A stretch of DNA of 64,000 nt from Eledone cirrhosa (taxonomy: Eukaryota). Positions within the stretch are counted from its first letter, which is position 1, and each line of letters begins with the position of its first letter. The position numbers were made by a program, and so were the translations under genes. Where the stretch lies: NCBI GenBank assembly GCA_964016885.1, contig OZ024740.1, positions 39,370,001-39,434,000 on the forward strand. The letters run 5' to 3'. The notes under the pieces are model-generated. The model was not told the DNA's origin. It worked only from the letters and a program-made list of their open reading frames with translations, and searched no databases. Below, piece after piece: positions 59,732 through 64,000 of the stretch.

Positions 59732-60706
59732 TATATATATATAAACAAAGGTTATAGTTAACAAGTGAAGGTGAACATACAAAGAAGTATATTTAAAGCT
59801 TATTTTTTTCTTTAATCCGACAGAATGAATAATTCTTTTTTATAATTGTTGCATTAAATATAACTGGTTTTCATTGGTAGAACAATCTTATCAAATTATA
59901 TCAAGACAAAACATTAATTTATAGCAATTAAGCTATATTTATATGTATGAGGAAGAATATTGTTAATTATAGACCTCAATAGTTCACAAATAATTTACTG
60001 CGAGATTTCAGCTCAGAATATAACGGGATTGAAATAAATATTGTTAGAAATTTCCTCCAATGTTCTATCTGCCCACCGCCTTCTTTTAATACTAAAACAT
60101 ATTTCAATATTGTGTGAGAGTTTTATGCTTTTCTTAATGTTACCCAGTAGTGATTCTTAATACAATTTATTATTCACTGGAAAGTTGAAAATAGAAAAGA
60201 TAAATCTTGAAGGCATTCTATAAATACTCTAGCGAAACCTATACAGGAATTAAAGGGCGAAGGTATACCCCATAAAATGCAATAGAGACTAGCAATGCAA
60301 ATACAAGGGATCGAAGAAATGTGGGCCTTTACCAGAGAAAATAACAGGTTTCCTATGAATCCCTCAACTCCAAAAGTGAGTTTTTCCAGGGACTGTTTGT
60401 ATTTCAAAAAACTTGCTCTCTTCATAGAAACACCTATCCAAAGGATTTTACAGCGCCACCATGTTTTATCTTCGTAATATAAAATGTTTTAAATGTGTTG
60501 TAAGATGCGCAATTAGTTGTCATGTGTTGCCATGTGCCCTTCGGGGGACCCTCAGTTTGACATAATTGCTCTACATGATCGCAGTCCCTGGTAAACGATT
60601 ACAATATTCTCACACACTCTTCTCTCTTGTGTTGGATATATATATATATCCGAAACATCATCAACACGTGGGGGATATAATTTCATCACGGCATATAACA
60701 TGTAGA

Positions 60707-60707
<1 letters not shown>

Positions 60708-60768
<61 letters not shown>
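60708..60768. repeat. (TG)n microsatellite
   Basis: Direct reading. Confidence 0.95.
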
Positions 60769-60770
<2 letters not shown>

Positions 60771-60935
60771 TAAGGTTGCTTGGATGCGTCCATAGGCACT
60801 CTATGCTCCCTTCGGAGCAGATTATAATAATATGGAAAACGAAGAATCGGTGGTGATGCATCGGAACACAATTTATTACGTATTACAATTGTTTCTCCGG
60901 CGGAACAGAAAGAGGATTTGCTTCGAAATCACTAG

Positions 60936-61028
60936 ACGTATCTGGGGAACTTGCGAATCCAGAGTCAGCTTCGATCCACAAACAGATCGCACCTCGAGCT
61001 GTTCGTCGGAGAAACAATTGTAATACGT
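60936..61028 (+). ncRNA. Hammerhead-like motif with mutated core (CTGGGGA) inside an inverted-repeat element
   Basis: Stem I ACGTAT/ATACGT; GAAAC-AATT-GTA with palindromic ACAATTGT; A6 replaced by G. Confidence 0.5.
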
Positions 61029-61069
61029 AATAAATTGTATTCCCATGCATCACTGATTCTTCGTTTTCC

Positions 61070-61127
<58 letters not shown>

Positions 61128-61169
61128 AAGATATTAAATAAATGGAAACTATATTTATAAAACCATATT

Positions 61170-61234
61170 TATTTTATTATATATATTTCAAGCGCAACCA
61201 AGGGAACCTTGGTGCGCTTTCATCAGATAAAATA
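61170..61234 (-). ncRNA. Type I hammerhead ribozyme
   Basis: TATTTTAT-CTGATGA-AAGCGCACCAAGG TTC CCTTGGTTGCGCTT-GAAAT-ATAT-ATA-ATAAAATA; 8-bp stem I and long stem II. Confidence 0.82.
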
Positions 61235-61540
61235 CAAAGTGTGTTTTATAAATAAAGACATATCCATGATAATCAAACCTTTTCGGTCGGAAATTCCTAT
61301 CCAGTGAATTTCCGACCGAAAAGGTTGCGCTTGAAATATATATAATAAAATAAATATGGTTTTATAAATATAGTTTCCATTTATTTAATATCTTAGAATA
61401 TTTACTCCACTAAACAGTTGAGTGCTCTAAATCAGTTATAAGCATTTATGTTTGTCGGAATTCCAACAAATAATTAAATACAAATTCTACATATATATAT
61501 ATCTATATAATTAGAAAGTGAACAACACAATATATAACTA

Positions 61541-61608
61541 CTCCATTACCAAAGGTTTCAGGACTCTAGACAGTATTAATATACGTGTAGATCGTTCATC
61601 AGACAGAG
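61541..61608 (-). ncRNA. Hammerhead motif, inverted copy of 61694-61761
   Basis: Reverse complement of the plus-strand motif. Confidence 0.62.
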
Positions 61609-61693
61609 AGGTTATGAAATCGTATTTTCATTTCATATTTTCATTTTATATTTTCATTTCATATTTTCATTTCGTATTTTCATTTAATAACCT

Positions 61694-61761
61694 CTCTGTC
61701 TGATGAACGATCTACACGTATATTAATACTGTCTAGAGTCCTGAAACCTTTGGTAATGGAG
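61694..61761 (+). ncRNA. Type I hammerhead motif with imperfect stem II
   Basis: CTCTGT-CTGATGA-ACGATCTACACG...TGTCTAGAGTCCT-GAAAC-CTTTG-GTA-ATGGAG. Confidence 0.62.
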
Positions 61762-61905
61762 TAGTTATATATTGTGTTGTTCACTTTCTAATTAAATAGC
61801 TCTGTTCTATATATAGAGCACTCTTTTTTCCTTTGATTTTTCTTCGGGAAAACTTAACATATATATATGTGTGTGTATACATATATATACATATATATAT
61901 ATATA

Positions 61906-62332
61906 GTGGCTGCCAACTCGTTTTCGAGTACGGCCACTACTTTATGTCCATGTAAGAGAACCCCATACCGATGCGCTGAACGAGTGTGACTTTTTAGTCC
62001 AGCCAGCGACTTGAAAACTCTGGTACAAACACTACACTTGTGACAATTATTGACACCTAGTGCTGGGCCCAAGGTACCATGTGACCCAATGTGTCGTGTG
62101 AGATCACTACTCGACTTGCATACCCTTCCACAAACATTACATGTCGTCGTCTGATGAACACAGGTGCCTGCTTCCCAGTTCTTGTGCACTCTCAGGTGAC
62201 TCTTTAGACCTGCCATGCTCAGACAAACCCTATTACAGGTCAACATCTTGGTTTATGGTGAAAGGCTAAGGGTCGTTGGCAGTTTTGTATATCTTGGAAG
62301 CAATCTGAGTATGTCCTGCGATCTTGATGGGA
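61906..62332 (-). mobile_element. 5'-truncated, 5'-inverted RTE-like LINE fragment
   Basis: Minus strand encodes C2H2 fingers (CNRVCLSMAGLKSHLRVH, CNVC..H..H, CSVC..GLKSHTRSAH); the adjacent plus strand encodes an RT thumb-like motif GERLRVVGSFVYLGS. Confidence 0.68.
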
Positions 62333-62333
62333 A

Positions 62334-62403
62334 TATATATATATATACATATATGTATACATATATATATATACATACATACATACATACATACATACAT
62401 ACA

Positions 62404-62436
<33 letters not shown>

Positions 62437-62439
62437 TAC

Positions 62440-62487
<48 letters not shown>
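62334..62487. repeat. (TA)n(TACA)n(TG)n compound microsatellite
   Basis: Direct reading. Confidence 0.95.
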
Positions 62488-62489
<2 letters not shown>

Positions 62490-63211
62490 TGTTGTTCAAT
62501 GGTACTAATTTGAGATACCAGAACTATAAAAATGAGATGAGCTGAACAAGCAAGCATTAAACAATCTTTTAAATAAATTAAAATACGATTTAACTTTCCA
62601 TTGGAAATTCTCTGAATTTCCAATCTTTTGTGAAGTGAAACCGTCGGTAACAGCATTTTGAACAGGTGATTATTTAAATCGTATTTTAATTTATTTAAAA
62701 GATTGTTTAATGCTTGCTTGTTCAGCTCATCTCATTTTTATAGTTCTGGTATCTCAAATTCATACCATTGAACAACAATTGTATTATAGACACCCTATAT
62801 ATTTCCGTGGGTACTTAGTACATGTGGGGATATTAATCTCATTTTATGTATTCTCCCTGTAGAGAAGAAAATGTTATATCTAGCTGCTATTTTTTTAGTA
62901 ACGTGATAGACACCAAGTCTATAATATTCCCACTTTTACTAACGGCCTGTTTATGTGTGGGTCACTTTAACGGCCTGACCTCATACATCGGGCAGTAAGC
63001 GATATATTTACAAACTGTGCGGCTTTATGCCCTATAGAATGGAAATAGCTATCTGAAGAACTGATCTTTCCATTGGAAATTCTTTGAATTTCCAATTTTT
63101 TGTGAAGTGAAACAGTCGGTAATAGCATTTTGAACAGGTGATTATTTAAATGGTATTTTAATTTATTTAAAAGATTGTTTAATGCTTGCTTGTTCAGCTC
63201 ATCTCATTTTT
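62488..63211 (+). mobile_element. Hammerhead-bearing element: inverted 107-bp segment plus a partial tandem of a 472-bp unit
   Basis: 62488-62593 is the reverse complement of 62674-62779; 62594-62739 recurs at 63066-63211. Confidence 0.7.
63048..63126 (+). ncRNA. Type I hammerhead ribozyme with extended stem II
   Basis: GCTAT-CTGAAGA-ACT...[ATTGGAAATTC TTT GAATTTCCAAT]...AGT-GAAAC-AGTCG-GTA-ATAGC. Confidence 0.72.
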
Positions 63212-63336
63212 ATATATGTATATATATATACATACACACACATATACACATATATATGAGCATTCCGTTTATATATATATATATAGGAATATAAAAAACA
63301 ACAACAACGCAGGAGTACAAGTTACAAATGGTATTA

Positions 63337-63364
63337 GACGTTTCGGGCATAAGCCCTTCATCAG
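63337..63364 (-). ncRNA. Minimal Penelope-type hammerhead core; stem I not evident
   Basis: CTGATGA-A-GGGC TTAT GCCC-GAAAC-GTC; the flanks do not pair well. Confidence 0.5.
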
Positions 63365-63676
63365 GAGAGTGGCGGGAGGAACTCCGAGAAGGAGTGAGGT
63401 GGAAGTTAGTGGGAAAAAGGAGATAAAGATAAAACATGATCTGGAAAATAAAAGTTAAAATACAAGTTGTAAAAAGATGTGAAGTATGTAGGGGTGGTGG
63501 TGCGTGAGGAGTAGAATGAGAGGGGGAAGGAAAAAAGGGGTCCGAGCGGGGAGGGCGGAAGGCGAGGTGTGTGTGCGTGTGTATGCGTGGATGTAAGTGT
63601 GAGAGTCTGTGGGAGAGCGGGGGTAAGTGCTTGTGGGTTTTGAAAAACCATTGTGTATGTTGTGGTGGAATGTAAG

Positions 63677-63720
<44 letters not shown>

Positions 63721-63747
63721 AAAGTGAACAACATAAAATATAGCTAG

Positions 63748-63813
63748 TCCATTACCAAAGGTTTCTGGATCCCAGACAATATTAATATACGTCTGGATCG
63801 GTCATCAGACAGA
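63748..63813 (-). ncRNA. Hammerhead motif, diverged relative of 61694-61761
   Basis: TCTGT-CTGATGA-CCGATCCAGAC...GTCTGGGATCCA-GAAAC-CTTTG-GTA-ATGGA. Confidence 0.6.
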
Positions 63814-63842
63814 GATGTTATGGATAAAAAATATGAAATGAG

Positions 63843-63883
<41 letters not shown>

Positions 63884-63913
63884 CAAATGGAACTATATTT
63901 ATAAAACCATATT

Positions 63914-63979
63914 TATTTCATTATACATATTTCAGGGATACCATATTAAAAATATGGCATGCCTTCGTCAGATAAAATA
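63914..63979 (-). ncRNA. Type I hammerhead ribozyme, relative of 61170-61234 with a different stem II
   Basis: TATTTTAT-CTGACGA-AGGCATGCCATATT TTT AATATGGTATCCCT-GAAAT-ATGT-ATA-ATGAAATA. Confidence 0.78.
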
Positions 63980-64000
63980 CAATATATAAACAGTTTTATA

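Noticed and set aside
59760-60700. Possible exon or element in AT-rich unique sequence
   Set aside because: No convincing ORF, termini or RNA motif seen.
61854-62246. Host C2H2 transcription-factor gene
   Set aside because: Lacks TGEKP linkers, first finger truncated, adjoins an RT fragment and runs into (TA)n; better explained as a LINE tail.
55268-63680. YI/HT/CV-rich ORFs
   Set aside because: Translations of TA, CA, TACA and GATA microsatellites.

Overview
Repeat-only eukaryotic (metazoan; possibly cephalopod, by inference) genomic DNA with no recognisable host gene. Bases 1-42248 are a 22/21-bp AT-rich satellite with kb-scale higher-order repeats. Bases 42246-47543 are a related 34-bp satellite arranged as two inverted arms around a ~170-bp unique spacer. 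Bases 47.7-64 kb are a mosaic of mobile elements separated by TA/GATA/TG microsatellites: a full-length two-ORF Tx1/L1-clade retrotransposon flanked by (GATA)n, a solo LTR, a non-autonomous Helitron with a spliced STPR-repeat remnant, and a 5'-inverted RTE-like LINE fragment. The most notable signal is about 13 type I hammerhead-ribozyme motifs from about 9 apparently unrelated short non-coding repeat families in ~16 kb. They occur in partial-tandem or inverted arrangements resembling retrozymes or Penelope pLTRs, and include a 594-bp tandem unit whose hammerhead has the compensatory U3-A8 core. All structures were read by eye; no database search or folding program was run.
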